A stretch of 64,000 bases of DNA from the human T2T-CHM13v2.0 reference genome, Homo sapiens: NCBI RefSeq assembly GCF_009914755.1, contig NC_060926.1; one strand, written 5' to 3'. A program made the translations under genes and the position numbers. The notes under the pieces are model-generated. The model made no database searches, was not told the DNA's origin, and worked only from the letters and a program-made list of their open reading frames with translations. Shown in pieces: positions 25,225 through 40,293 of this stretch (positions are counted from its first letter, which is position 1; each line of letters starts with the position of its first letter).

Positions 25225-28200
25225 ATATTCAGTGTTTTAAAAGGGAAACAATCCCAAATATATTGTATGATCACCATTTTCTTTAATATATATGCACCAT
25301 AGGAAAATCACATGGAAATACATATGGCACCAGAGGTAATATCTATATAGTAAAAGGACTGAGCATTTTAAATGGCTCCCTTGTACTTCTCTGATCAAAT
25401 TTTTCCAAATGAAGGTATATTACTTTCACTAGCAGAAATAAAATCAACAATACTCCAAGAACTACCAAAAACAAAGCATCTGGTTTTGAAGGGTGGCAGA
25501 AGTATTTCAGCTAGTTCATCAATAAGATGGAAAAGAACACTTAGACGGTATCTTTCTACTAATGTTACAAATTAAACTCTGTTATAGAATAAAAATACAT
25601 AAACACAAGTCAAACACAATGGGACTGTTGTGCCTCTGACCACATCAGGGCCATCCCAGATGTGACATTAATTCTGAAGCCTGCGCCTGCCCAATTTGGC
25701 AGCCAAGCAGCTGCCGTGAATGAACTTTGGAAATGCTACAATATTAGCCTTCACTGCTAATCCTGCTAATGCACTCACAATCTATTTGACAGCCTGCCCA
25801 TCACATCCCCACTGTCAGGGCGAGCAGCCTTTGGAGGTGACTGTGATGAGAGGATTACTGAAAGAACACCCCAGGGTACAGAGTGGCCCTCTATCCATTG
25901 CATTCTGACTAGTGCTGTAGATAGGCCACATACCACAGAGGGCACTGGACAGAAGCCTGTCTTCCATACACCCCCTTGGCACACAGGTACCAGAGGGAGA
26001 AGGTCACCAACCCAAAGGGATGGTGGTTTTCAAAGAGCCATGCCATGCCTCCAGTCTCATCATGCAGAAAGAAAGTAAGGCCACTTGAAGGAAAAATTCA
26101 CAGGCCAGAGGGCCCTGGATCATTCCTTACTAGCAGAGCTCTCCTCTCTAGAAGCCCTACTTGCTACAGAAAAGTGAAAAAAGGTTCTGGCCCCTTGGGA
26201 TGAGTCAAAGGATGCCCCTCCCCCTCCTTTCCCTCTAGCTACCAGGTTCCTCAGGGAGTGGTTGACACTCCATAAAAGCTGCATTTACAGCTTTGACTTC
26301 ATTAAACTAGCAGGATTGCTTTATTTGCCTTCTAAATTTTCAGGACTTTTATTTAAAATGTTTCATCCTAAACAGAATAAAATGGAAATAAAAGGTGCAG
26401 CCTTCATCGCATCTTATAATTATTTGGAAAAGCAATCTAGGATGTCCTAGAGCAAAGCTTTTGTTCGCACTTCCAAAAATGTCCCTTCTGGGCAGCCCCT
26501 TCATGCTGGCTGCCGTCAGGGCTACCAGTAGATTGTTCTTTTTACTCCAGTTTTAAACACACAGTTCTCATTCTCAACCTAATGATCAGAAGCATGTTTT
26601 TCCCAGGAGCACAATTAACCAGTCACCCCTCTTTACCTTGAAGTTTCCTCATTTCTGTAATTGGACCAAGGCTGTTCTCCTCCAAAGTCCGGCTTAGCTA
26701 GGAACACCTTCTCAAGCTCAGGTGCCACAAAAGGCACAGGGAATGCTGAGATAAGCAGAATTGGCTCATGTCCTCAAGGAGCCTGCAGTCTATAAGCAGA
26801 TATTTGTAATATAGCATCAGAAATGTTAAGTCACAGCTTTTATAGAAGTACATTGGAGAAGTCCCTGGACCAGACTGAGAAGGTAAAAAAGTTTCAGGCT
26901 GCATCCTGAAAAAGTCTGGTCTGGGTGACACTATATGCTGACTGCCTTCTTCAGCTATATTTCAGCCATACTGATCATACGGATCATTAGTATAAGGAAC
27001 CTGGCTAAAGAAGAAACTCTGAAGGGCAATGGAAAGTCTAAGCCATGTCCCATCAAGACGGCAACCTGAAACCCATCTGAGGCCTCACTGCCACCTCTGT
27101 TAGCCCTTGACATTCCCAGCTGAGGTGCTCCAACATTTTTCAGGTTCACAAGCTCATACTCCAGCTAGTGAAAGGAACAGAAATGCAGTATAACATCATA
27201 AACACTATGCCACCCTCTCAAACAAGCATCATCCTCTTCTGAAGAAAGACAAGCATGAGGTCCCTAGTGCAGGCAGGGGTTGGCCACATTTCTGCTCTCT
27301 TCCTTCTCCCAGGATGGGCTCCCTCCTGAATGAGACACCCCGGAAGGCTACCCTGTGAAGCAGGAGGAAGACTTCCACTTTGTGCTTGGACTTCCGCTTT
27401 CATCCTTCCTGTGCCAGCACTCAGAGCACCTGGTGAGGCAAAGCTTTCTCAGCCCAGGACCTCTTAGCTGCTTTCTTCCTCACCAGCAGGAGGTCAGAGC
27501 CCAGCACTCCTCATTTGTCAGGCCAGGGCCTCCCCTCAATGAATCTCAGTTACAGGGAGGCAGTACAGGGTCCTGGGAGCCCATGGATTTTGGAGTCTGA
27601 AGAATCTGGATTTGAAGGCTGGTTCTATGATTTACTAACTTTGTTATCTTGTACAAAAATGTACTTCTGAGCCTCAGTTTCCTCATTTAAAAAAATGGGA
27701 ATATTTGTGATTGCAAATCTCTTGGCACAATGTTTCAGATATGGTAAGGATTCAACAAATGGTAGCTATATAGAATATCCCCTCCCCATAGGTCTGCATT
27801 CTATAATAAACATCATCTCTTACTAAGGAAGGAAGGAAGGATTCTCATGAGAAAGTGAGGGACTCTAGGCTCCTTGGAAAGCAGCTAAGGAGAGCTCAAG
27901 TGAGAGGTGGGTGGTTGGTTCTCAAAGGGTGAAACTCTCGCACGTATTTCTGAAATCAAGGTGAGACAGTTTTGTTCATGATCCAGATGCAGATGCATGC
28001 CTCCTATGCCAGGGGTAAGTGGACCCCTAGGGCCAAAGGAGGCACCAAGCCAAAGCCAGCTGTGCACCCATCTCTCTTTGCTATGTGTCTGCAGGAGGGT
28101 GGGTTGGGGGGGGGCGGCGGTGTTCCAAGCACCTCGATGGACCTGGTGTCAGTCAGGTAGGCCTAGGACAATCATTCTTAGTGAAAAATAATAAAACCAA

Positions 28201-30639
28201 CAAACTGAAAAGGGCAGAATGGATTTTTTCCCCTGGGCTCCTCAGAGGTTATATTAGCAGCTCTGAAGATTCTTTCTTGGTCACTGATATTCAGGCGCCA
28301 TGCCTTTCTGGCCTGTACACATTATGCTGCTCAGAATAATTTATATAGCAGGGAAATAAGTCGATATTAGAGATTCAAAGAAAACTCTAGACATTTTACA
28401 TTTTTTCCTGTCAGTCAAAAATATATTTAGCAACTAATTGTGAGAGGACCTAACAACCACAGCTAAAATACCTGTAATACTTAGTTTTGGCTCACTCCCT
28501 AATTTCAAACTCTGATGATTATGAATAGAAGACAAAATCTGCGGGGATTGTGTGTGTGTGTCAGTTCTGAGCCACATCTAAGAACCAGTCTACAGATGGA
28601 AGGAGAGTTCCTGCCCACCACGGGGGTGGTACAGGGTTCCTTGTCTCATACAGATAACCTTATGTGAAAATTCCCATTTTAACACACCAACAAGGTCGGT
28701 GTGGCCTAACTACCACTGAGCTCTCTTCCCCTGAAATTAGAAATGAGTGCAATTTCTTTTGTTTCTCTAGAAACAAATATTTACAATTCAAACCTTTATG
28801 TTCAGTATTTCAAAATTTTTGTTTTTGCAATTGTTCTTACTTTGAAAGCAGTTGATTTGGTTTTATTCTGTTTCTGGATCAAGTCAGAATATCCACACAC
28901 TTCAGCATATTCCTAAACGTGAGATTGATTTACTGATTACAGCTATTTTAATCCAGGGATGTCTACCACACAGTTCTCTAAACTACGTGCAAGGCTTTTT
29001 TCTGCCTAAATCTTCATAGGTGACACAACTAGCTCCAGGACAACTAAAAGATCAGAGTATTCAGGAAAGAAAAATAAATTCGGTTCTCACTAATAGCAAA
29101 AATGGAGATAGTAAATCTTGGAAATGAAGTCTAAAACTTTTTTAAAACTATCCCACGCAGGTTTTTTTTTTTAATTCTCTTTGCTCTGAGACATTTTTGA
29201 AACCAAAAGCAGCTGAAAAACTGGTAGTGTTTGCAGATTATTTTAAAGAATAAATAAAAAGAGGTAAGCCGTCTTTAGCAATGTTATCTATGTTTATGGC
29301 ACATATTTAAATTTTCTCAGGCAGAAACTGTAGAAGTTAGAAAAGATAGGTGTTTTTATTCTCATTGACAGGTAAGAATTGAGGTCCAGAGATGCTACAG
29401 GATTTGACTAAGATGACTGAAGAAAGTTCAGCAATAAAATCTGCACTGAGACCAAGGTTCCCTGCCTCCTAGCTCTGTTTATCCAGGCTATCTACTTAAG
29501 TCTTTCCAGACTTACTGAAATCAACTTTATGTCATAACAATATATACCTGGAAAACATAGGGACCGCTCCTCTCAATTTGTATAATGCCCACACTTAGTC
29601 CATAATCTGGAATACATAAATCTTAATAAAAATATTAACCAAAAAAAAAGTTTTTCCTTTGATAATTATTTCTCCTCCTGATCAAAACTACACTAAGAAA
29701 TCTAGAGGCACAATTTTAGAAGAGAAAAAAATTCTATCCCCTTAGGAAGTATTTTTACACTGAAAAAAACTAACCTAATATTTTAGGAAAATGTAAATAG
29801 ATTCCTGAAATTCCACTGCCAAAAATTTAATGAGGCTTACAGTTTTATGGACAAATTTACGTTAAAAACTGTGATCTGAAAATCAAACAAAGGAGTAGGG
29901 TGTAAAAGAAAACCATGCCACTAGAATCATTAGATTTTCTCTTTTCATAAACAAAATAATGCAAGACTCTACTGTGTCAAAATTCAACAGATTGCAGCTA
30001 ATCTACAAATATCAATTGTTCTTTTTTATCCACAGGGAACTTAAATTCCAACATTTGAGATAGATGAAGGTTCTATAATTTTATAATAAGACCATTCCAG
30101 GGCATTTTATGTCAACATATAAAAGGATGATTGTGCATTGTGAAACTTAAAATATCACAGTACATTAGAGTGGAAACCCAGGATCATCTAAGAATAACGG
30201 GAACATCTTAGATCATCCTATCCCCAGGAAGTAAGAATTTGTGAAGAAATCTACCAATCACTTAGTGTATATTTCTATAAGGCCAGTAATTCTTCACTTA
30301 TGCAATCAGACAGAGACTCATAAAGCGACAGGTTACCACTTAGCAAAGACTGAGTAGGGAGCCTAGACTTCCATCTTCTTCCAGCTGTAACAGGGCACCC
30401 CTCCCTGTCCCACCCAAGTGATGCCTGAGAAGACTGAGTGAACAGTCAAACTTTCACCATCACCCAGAGATAACAAGGCCTTTCACCTACCTCCTAGTAG
30501 AAGCCACATGAGGATCAGTAAAAAAGCACCTCTACCCCTCTGAGCATGGGAGGTGTCCCCAAAGGCCTGGAGGGGAGCCTAGACCTTCACCCTGTCACGT
30601 AGCAAAGCAGTACGTCCTTCTTCCCAAATGAGCAGCATC

Positions 30640-32100
<1,461 letters not shown>

Positions 32101-33964
32101 CAAAGCAAAAACTTAGCATTGTGTAATGTGGATCTCAATGTATGTAGAAGAAATATTTAAGGCCAATGTGCCATAAACAGGGAGGATAAAGGAGCTTAAA
32201 GGGAGGTCAGGTTTTTACACTTTTCTCAAACTGTTAAAATGTTTTAACTAGTGAAATAGTTCCATATCTTGATTGTAGTGGTGGTTACAGGAATCTAAAC
32301 ATGTGATAAAATAGCATAACACTACACACACTCATTGTATCAATATCAATTTTCTGGTATGATATTGTACTATCATTATGCAAGATGTAACTAACCACTG
32401 AGAGAAATGGAGTGAAGTGTGTATGGAACCACTCTGTAATTTTCTGTAAATCTATAATTATTTCAAAATAAAAAACATTTTTAAAACAGGTGACTGTTCT
32501 AGATTAAAAGACACTAAAGACTAATGCAATGTAAGAAGTTTTATTGGTTTCTGATTTTTAAAAATACAAGAGGTTGGAAAATTTGGAGAAACAAATATAG
32601 ATGGAACATTTGATCATGAAATGATATAAAATTGTTAACTTTCTTTAGTGTCATAATAATGTGGTTATGTAGGATAATGTCTATTTCTAAGAGATATGTG
32701 CTGAAATATTTAGGGATGAAATATAATGAAGTGTGGAACTGACTTTCAAATGATTCAGAGAGAAAGACAGAGAGGGAAACAAATAGAATAAAACATTGTC
32801 AATTGTTGACTCTATGAGGATAATCTGAGGGTGTGTTTTGTACTATTCTTTCTATTATTCTGTATGTTTGCAAATTTTCATTTTTAAAAATGTTGGAAGG
32901 ATAGATTGATGGATGACTGTGAGAAAGCAAGTATAGTAAAAGACCAATTGTGAAATCTAGGTGGTAATTGGCTGAAACATTTTCAAATATGAAAAAAGGC
33001 ATAAACCTACAGACTAAGAATCTGAGAAAACCCCAAGGAGGATAAACTCAAAGAAATCCATTCTATGGATGCTCACTATAAAATTATTTCAATTTTTCTA
33101 TATGCTTGGAAATTTTCAAATTAAAACATTTGGGGGTAAAGCTGAAGGAATGTATTACAACTGAATGCTTTCCCCAGCACTTCCAATCCTCCTTGGCCCA
33201 GTTAAATACACACTTATGACAATTAAAATAAAACTTATCCTTTGCTAGGGGCAAAAGCTTGCCCAGCTTTCTGGCTGGAAAAGCCCTAGCAATGTTTCAT
33301 ACTTTTCCCACAGAGGTAAAGCCCCAGCCCCTGCCATTGTCCCAACTGCCACGCTGAATTCCCAAGAGCACTACTGACTGTCATGGAGAGACAAATGTAA
33401 CCATGGTCAGGGTGAACTCAAGGATAAGCTGGTCTTCCATGCAGCCACCGAAAATCCAAAGGAAGCAATGCCTCAGGTGAGCAGCCAAGGCCCAGGAGTG
33501 GTGAGAAGGGTGGTGAGGGTAAAGAGCCTAATGAATTTTGTGGGACATATAAACTGGGATCTTGGTCAGGTGTGACCGAAGTTGCTGTATTTATTATATT
33601 ATTAAAAAGGTAAGTGATGTTACTGATTGAGACTTTAAGCTAAGTAAACATATTAAACATTCAAGAGTAAGCACTAAAGAAATTAAGCGAAAGCTTATCA
33701 TTTTATTCAGAGGAAGTCAGAAAAGGGGCATTAAAACAGTTGGACAACTAGAAACATAAAGTGAGATGGTAGAAGATAACAGCAATATAGACATCACAAT
33801 AAATGTAAATAGCTTAAACAGTCATACATGTATATGTGTGTACATATATATAATTTTTGTATATATGTATATATAATTTATATATCTTTGATGGAACTAC
33901 AATAAGAAAATGACAGTTCCACCATCACGGCGGGAGTTTTTAATACACACTAAAGTGTCAGTTA

Positions 33965-34429
<465 letters not shown>

Positions 34430-35291
34430 CTAATAATAACTCTTCTAGTATTTCCACCCATCTTAGAGTGTCCATGCTCAACTATTTCAGTGTCCAATGA
34501 TCTCTCCAACGATAAGGTCATGGAGACTATTCCTTTTGGCTACAGCACAACACATGCTCTGGTCCTTGGCCTACCGTACACCAACAGGGAAATGCTATGT
34601 GTACTGTGAGATACCAAAGCAATTCTGAGCTCCGACTGCAAAGACATTCAGTTCTGGACCCAGGTTAATTAAGAAGTGGACCAAATGCCCAAGCAAATTT
34701 CAATATTTAAGGCAAAACCCAAATTCTCTGGAAGTTCATTTTCCCCCTCTGGTTGTCAGGAAGCTAAAGAGTCTAGCCATTCCTTCCCCATCTCCACTGG
34801 CTTTCTTCCATGCCCCCTATAAAGTTTATCATCTCATGCAACTGTCTACCTACAGGATCCAAGTGGTACCCACTCCTGCAAATGATAGAAAGAAATCCAC
34901 CCCTTCCCTTGTCATGACAAAAACTCCTTATCTTATCTCACTAGCAAAAAAAGTTGAAACCAAACATTTAAAATGTATTAATTACGCTTTATACATCCCC
35001 AGAGACAGCTGTGCTGATGAGAGCCAACTCAGTGTTTGGAAAAGGGAAACAAAAACTTTCAACTCATTCATCCCTCCATCCCATTTTGGGGGGTTAATCC
35101 TTTCATATTCTAATCTCTGGAGCTGGAACTAGACTTAGCCAGGAAAAATGACCAAAAAAAATGGCAGCAAATTGCCAGGACTGGGTGACTGGGTGAGAGG
35201 ACCATTCCTGCAGAAGTCCACATAAAGAACATTGTGTGGCCACTTTTTCTTTAGACTAGGATGCTCTAACACAAGTCAAAGAAAACAAATG

Positions 35292-35590
35292 GGTCAGGCA
35301 TGGTGCCTCACGCCTGTAATCCCAGCACTTTGGGAGGCCAAGGTGGGAGGATCACTTGAGACCAGGAGTTCAAGACCAGTCTAAGCAACATAGCAAGAGC
35401 TCGTCTCTACACAAAAAAAGTAGAAAAAATTACCAGACGTGGTGGCACACACCTGTAGCCTTGCTACTCAGGAGGCTGAGGTGGGAGGACTGCTTGAGTC
35501 GGGGAGGTTGAGGATGCAATGAGTCCTGATCGCACCGCTGCAATCCAGCCTAGGCAACTGAGGGAGAACTTGTTTCAATCAATCAATCAT
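35292..35590 (+). mobile_element. AluJ-type element with (TCAA)n tail
   Basis: gggaggatcacttgag…ccaggagttcaagacc; gaggactgcttgag; TSD-like aagaaaacaaat / aagaaaacacaaat. Confidence 0.9.
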
Positions 35591-36399
35591 AAGAAAACAC
35601 AAATCCACAAGGAAGCTTTCACTCTGCAAGCCTGTGTTTAAGCACTTCCCTATCTTTGCAGTCACACTTGCCACATACGTACATAGGCTCCTTCCCCAGC
35701 TCCACACCTCAGTCGCCATAGGTTGTTTTTTAACTCCCTGGGTTCCACAAACGTGTGGTGAGTAGCGCTCTGACATAGGGCCATGACACATCATCCCAAC
35801 CAAACATAACAATTTGTGAACTGATTAATCCATTGCTCCCTACGTCATTGAAAAAAGGCTTTTTGCCGGGGGTTTCAAGAAGTCCACCAGTTCAGTGATA
35901 TTCTTCCTCTCTCATTTCATTTCAGGATGCCTCTGTTATAATAAAGATGGGGGTGGTATCTCCTGGGAATACAGTAGGTTGGGAGGCAGGCTACGTCAAA
36001 ATGCTGAGAGGCATTTCTAAGCATCATCATCATCAACATTTACAAGGCCTTCATACATGCCAAAGTTGTTCTACAACACATTAGGGTAGTTTTTGGTTCA
36101 AGCAGTGAATACATTATTGGCAAAATGTGTATTACTTTTAACTCTACACAAAGTGAATGAGGTAGGTAGGAAAAGCCCTACCCCCATTATAGGAAGAAAA
36201 CTGAGGCTAGTGAAGCACAGGGACTTCCCCAAAACTTGTGCTTGTCAGAAAAACCTAGAGCTGGGTCTTCTGGCCCTTCCCCTCAATGAAAGCACAGCTT
36301 CGAATTCTTTCTCTGCCACTGACATGAGATTTGTCTCCAACCTAGCATCTCAAGTCCGTAATGAATTTTTCATCTGAAACATATGCCAACTGGGCCCAA

Positions 36400-37500
36400 C
36401 TACCAACTGGGCTCTAGAGACGGCCCAGGAAGTCGGGATGAACGGGTGGAGTGGGACACCAGGGCGTTCCACCGGGCTGAAGACCGTCTGAGAGCTCTAC
36501 CTCAGAGAGGCTGCCCAAAAGAGCTGGGACCGCAGCGAACTTTCTGGCCTTGGGTAGGACCCGCCGCGCCACCCTCGCCAGCTCAGATCCCAGGGGCCTC
36601 TGTAGGACCGCGGCGCTGGACTGGGCACTCCAAGTCAAGGGCTCCAGCCCGCATTAGCCAAGCGCCACCCACTTTCTCGTCTGCATTTTCTGCCCACACA
36701 TACGCCAACGGCTGGATGCGCCCGCCGGGCCAGTGTGCCCCTGAGTTTGTGATCCCCAAAAGCAAAACACTGAACTCCGCGACGATTTCCACGCACCGCC
36801 GTCAGCTTCCGGACTCCGGCACCAGCAGCACTGGCCTGCGAGTTCCTTTTGCGCCTGCGCGTGGCGCTTGCGCAGTGGGAGAGGAGGGCGGGGCCGCAGT
36901 GGGCGCGGCCATAGTGGGCGCAGAAGTGGGTGGGATGAGTACGCCGCGGCAACTGCTGCCCTGAAACCCCGCGGGCAGGGAGACCACTCTAAACCACTGA
37001 TTCAAGAAGAGGACGCTGCAGGGCACCGCCCTTCACTCAGGACAGCTGCCAACGCTTCGGGTCTGCGGATCGTGTTAGTGGAGACGAACCGATTCGTGGC
37101 GCCTGCCTGGGCCGATTCGCGGGGCGGGGCGGGGCGGGGCTGAGAGGTGTGGATATGTTAGCCCGAGGCGGGGCCCATCTGTGACGTCACGAAGTTACGT
37201 AATGGAATGCCTCTGTGGACCTCATTCAAGCCTTGTGTTCCAGCCCGAGGCCTCTGTGACGTCACGGTGTCTGCGGGAGGAGACCATGACGTCACAGAGG
37301 CTTCGCGCTCTGAGAGGTGGGACGGGACTCTTTTGAGCCGGCTATGGGGACACCAAGATTCTAGGGGATTTAGGATATCAGGTCCTCAGGTTCTGGGAGC
37401 TGAGGTCACGTCAGGGAGTCCCAGAGCATCACATTGCGTCCCTCCCCACAATGTGAGCAGTGAATTCCGCGGCAAGGAAGTACGCGGGAAAACATTTTTT
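36400..37500. promoter_or_regulatory. CpG-island promoter downstream of OSR1 (probably a lncRNA or bidirectional promoter)
   Basis: CpG-dense. ETS CTTCCGG 36806-36812; NRF1-like TGCGCCTGCGC 36850-36860 and GCGCTTGCGCA 36864-36874; GC boxes 36886-36894 and tandem (GGGGC)4 37121-37140; CREs at 37182, 37257 and 37287. Confidence 0.8.
37238..37314 (+). ncRNA. MIR4757: pre-miRNA hairpin hsa-mir-4757
   Basis: 77-nt stem-loop. The 5' arm AGGCCTCTGTGACGTCACGGTGT and 3' arm CATGACGTCACAGAGGCTTCGC pair with each other and match my recollection of miR-4757-5p/3p; MIR4757 is known to lie next to OSR1. Confidence 0.85.
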
Positions 37501-39085
37501 AGTGGGTCCCTAACCCCTAACTACACTCTGGAAATAGGGGGTAGAACCTGAAACACTCTCTCCCAGGAAGAAGCTCCTGCAAGCTGTTCTTTTCCCTGGA
37601 AGCACCTGATATCTTACCGGAGACAGCATCTGGCAGTTCCGGGCTGTGCCCAGGGTCTCTGGCACCTTCCGCCCTCCCTGCCCAAGAGGCTGTCCTAGGC
37701 CAGATAGCTTCCCCAGCCGTACACAAAAACTTCAGGCCTAGCAGCTTTGAGAAGGGCCCCAGCTGAACTCCACCTGGCCAGCACCATCGGCCTCTTTTTC
37801 TCCTGAAAAATAGCCCCAGCAACGCTGAGCGCCACACAGTCACTGGGACCAGCGAAGCTTATTGTGATGGGGGTCTGGAGAGGAGACAAGAGCTGGGACT
37901 TTCTAGAGATGCATTGGGGGAAAAATTGGGGCAGGCAAGGAAACCCACCCAACATTTCTGACCCTCTCAATTGCACTTTTTGTGCAACCCACACTGAGTA
38001 TGAGCAGGAAACTGGGGCACTAGTTTCCAACCACATCAACCAACCACATCACCTGGGAATTGTAGCCTGGATAGGGTCGGATGGCCCACAGGCCCAGCCG
38101 GCCTTTCCACCTGTAGTTACTGTTTCTGCACAGTCTATGAATCACTAGAACAAGCTGCAGGGAGACGTGATCTCTGAGTCCACCGGGATAACAGCAAACA
38201 TCAGTAGAGCAAATAGGGGCATTCTGAGAGGGCCAGGGAGTTGCTGCGCATCATCCTGTCCCACCCTCCATTCCCCATCCCCAATTTAAAATTCTGCACT
38301 GGAAATCTGTTATTTTGAGGATGCACACTTGATACTGACATTCAGTTGCAGACCTTGGACTGGGTGGGTTTTCACAGTGCTGGAGGTGGGGTGACCCAAA
38401 AAGGATTAACGTGGCTGGCAAACCTCCCCATTTCACCGCATTTGTAGCTTCCTGAGGCCCCGGGAACTGCAGAGGCTCGATCTTCAGGGAGGTGGAATGA
38501 TGTGTTCTGGGAGGTGGAGGGATGTCAGGGGCTAGGGAAGAGCAGCCATAGACAACCCCAAGGATAGCATCCCAGAAAGAGCCAAGGGACTAGGAAGGGC
38601 ACCCTGTGTGTGTGTGTGTTCACCCATGCACTCTGGTTGTTTTGGAGCAACCATGGCCCGCAGCCTCCTGGGGCTTCATAAAGAAACCAAGGAAGATTCT
38701 GCAGTTGACCCTAGTACAAGCTATGGTCAGGCACAAACCACACCACAACCTGCGTGCGCCGCTTGGGCGCAGACCGTCTACACCACCCGCAAACCTACTG
38801 GCTAGCCCCACTTCCACGCACTCAGAGGCCCCAGTTCTCAGGAATGGGGGCATAATCCTGGGCCGCGCGCGACCTTGTGAACTGCTTGGAAGAAGGATTG
38901 GGATAGTGCCCAACTAATGAAGATCCCTCAGACCAGACCAGACTCAGCAGCGCCCTGCCCCTCATCCACAGTGGGTCCTGGGGCCAGTCAAGATTTTGGG
39001 ACCAAACACATAGATGCTTGGTGGTTTCGCGAGGTTGCGGGCAAGACCCCTTGAGGTGCCAAGTCCTGGGCCGCCCCTCCAGGGC

Positions 39086-39104
39086 TGGCCAGCAGGGGGC
39101 AGCG
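39086..39104 (+). promoter_or_regulatory. CTCF motif (forward)
   Basis: TGGCCAGCAGGGGGCAGC, near-perfect CTCF core consensus. Confidence 0.75.
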
Positions 39105-40293
39105 TGGCTCTGAGCGTGGAGGCCAGGGCTGGTCCGCGCCGGCAGGGCCAGCCTCCAGTGCCCAGTTGGGTTCCCGGGCCTCGAAGTTCTAGCCCGCACA
39201 GGACTCAGGAGCGTTCCCGGAGGAGGTGGGGATGGGGTGGTGAAAGCCCAGAGCGTTTTAACTTCTGCATCCCCTGCCGCTTTCTCAGCCAGCAGGGCCC
39301 GGCTTGAGGCTGGGATTTTTGGTGCCTGCAGCAGGGAAGCTTATAGTCCAGTTGTCATCCGCGGCCGCCGCGCTCCGGGCGCTGAAGCTGGAGAGGCCAT
39401 CCTGCGCTTGGGAAAGGCCGCGGGCGCCACCGCCTGCGCGGTCCCGCGGTCAGGGCGCTGGAGCTGGGGGGAGCCCCGCCTTGCCCCAAGGAGAAGAGCC
39501 CCGGCGGCCTGGCTTCTAACTGTGGGAAAACTAGACACCCCAGGGAAGGTTCAGCTTATGGAAGGCGGACTCGAATTTTTCCTCCTAAGCGTCCCGGGCC
39601 TCCCAGGGCGCCCGCCCCCACCATTCCTGACAAGGCTTTAAAATTGTAGGGAATCTTCGCGGGTGCAGAGCCTCGATCCTAGGAGGGGACAAGTCCCAAG
39701 CAGAGAATTGTGTCTGAGGGACCCTAAGGGAGGGAGTGATGTTGGTTTGGGGTTCCGGGGAGGCAGCGGTCATTGTGTATTTGCACCCGAGTGTTGAGAC
39801 CCGGGGAACGGGAAATATTACAGCTCTGAGGCTCTGTGAGGGCGGGTCCTTCCCACCCCAAAGCCAGAGGCCAGGAGGGAGGCCTTCGGTTAGGGTGGGG
39901 AAAGACATTCTCTTCTCTTCTTGCACCCTAAGCGATCTCAGCACCCAGAGACGCTGTCTCAGCACCCAGAGACTCTGGGATTTCTCACGGGCGGTTTTCT
40001 GCCTTCAGGCTTAGGTTCTTCGTAAACTCACAGCACTTTAGCGGTGAGGAGTGGGAAGGCTGAGACCCTATCCCTGAGGCGGAGGAGAAAAGTAGGAAAA
40101 TCAATACATGGTGGGGCGGAGGCAGACCTAACCGGGAGAGAGGACGTTGCTCCACACATCTCAGCCCTGTCATCCTAATAAGACGGGGTGGTAGGAGGGG
40201 GACACGCTGGCGTCCAGCAGAGAAACCTGGTCCTCTCAAAGAGAGGACCCAACCGGTTTCCTGCGTTTAGGAGGGAAATTACCCATCCTGCAA

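Noticed and set aside
36383-36964. 193-aa ORF in the downstream CpG island
   Set aside because: Low-complexity Pro/Ala/Gly/Arg composition expected from stop-poor GC-rich DNA; no homology recognised.
39936-39973. Tandem TCTCAGCACCCAGAGAC x2 as a REST/RE1 site
   Set aside because: Only the left half-site TCAGCACC matches and the GGACAG half is absent; most simply a 21-bp slippage duplication.
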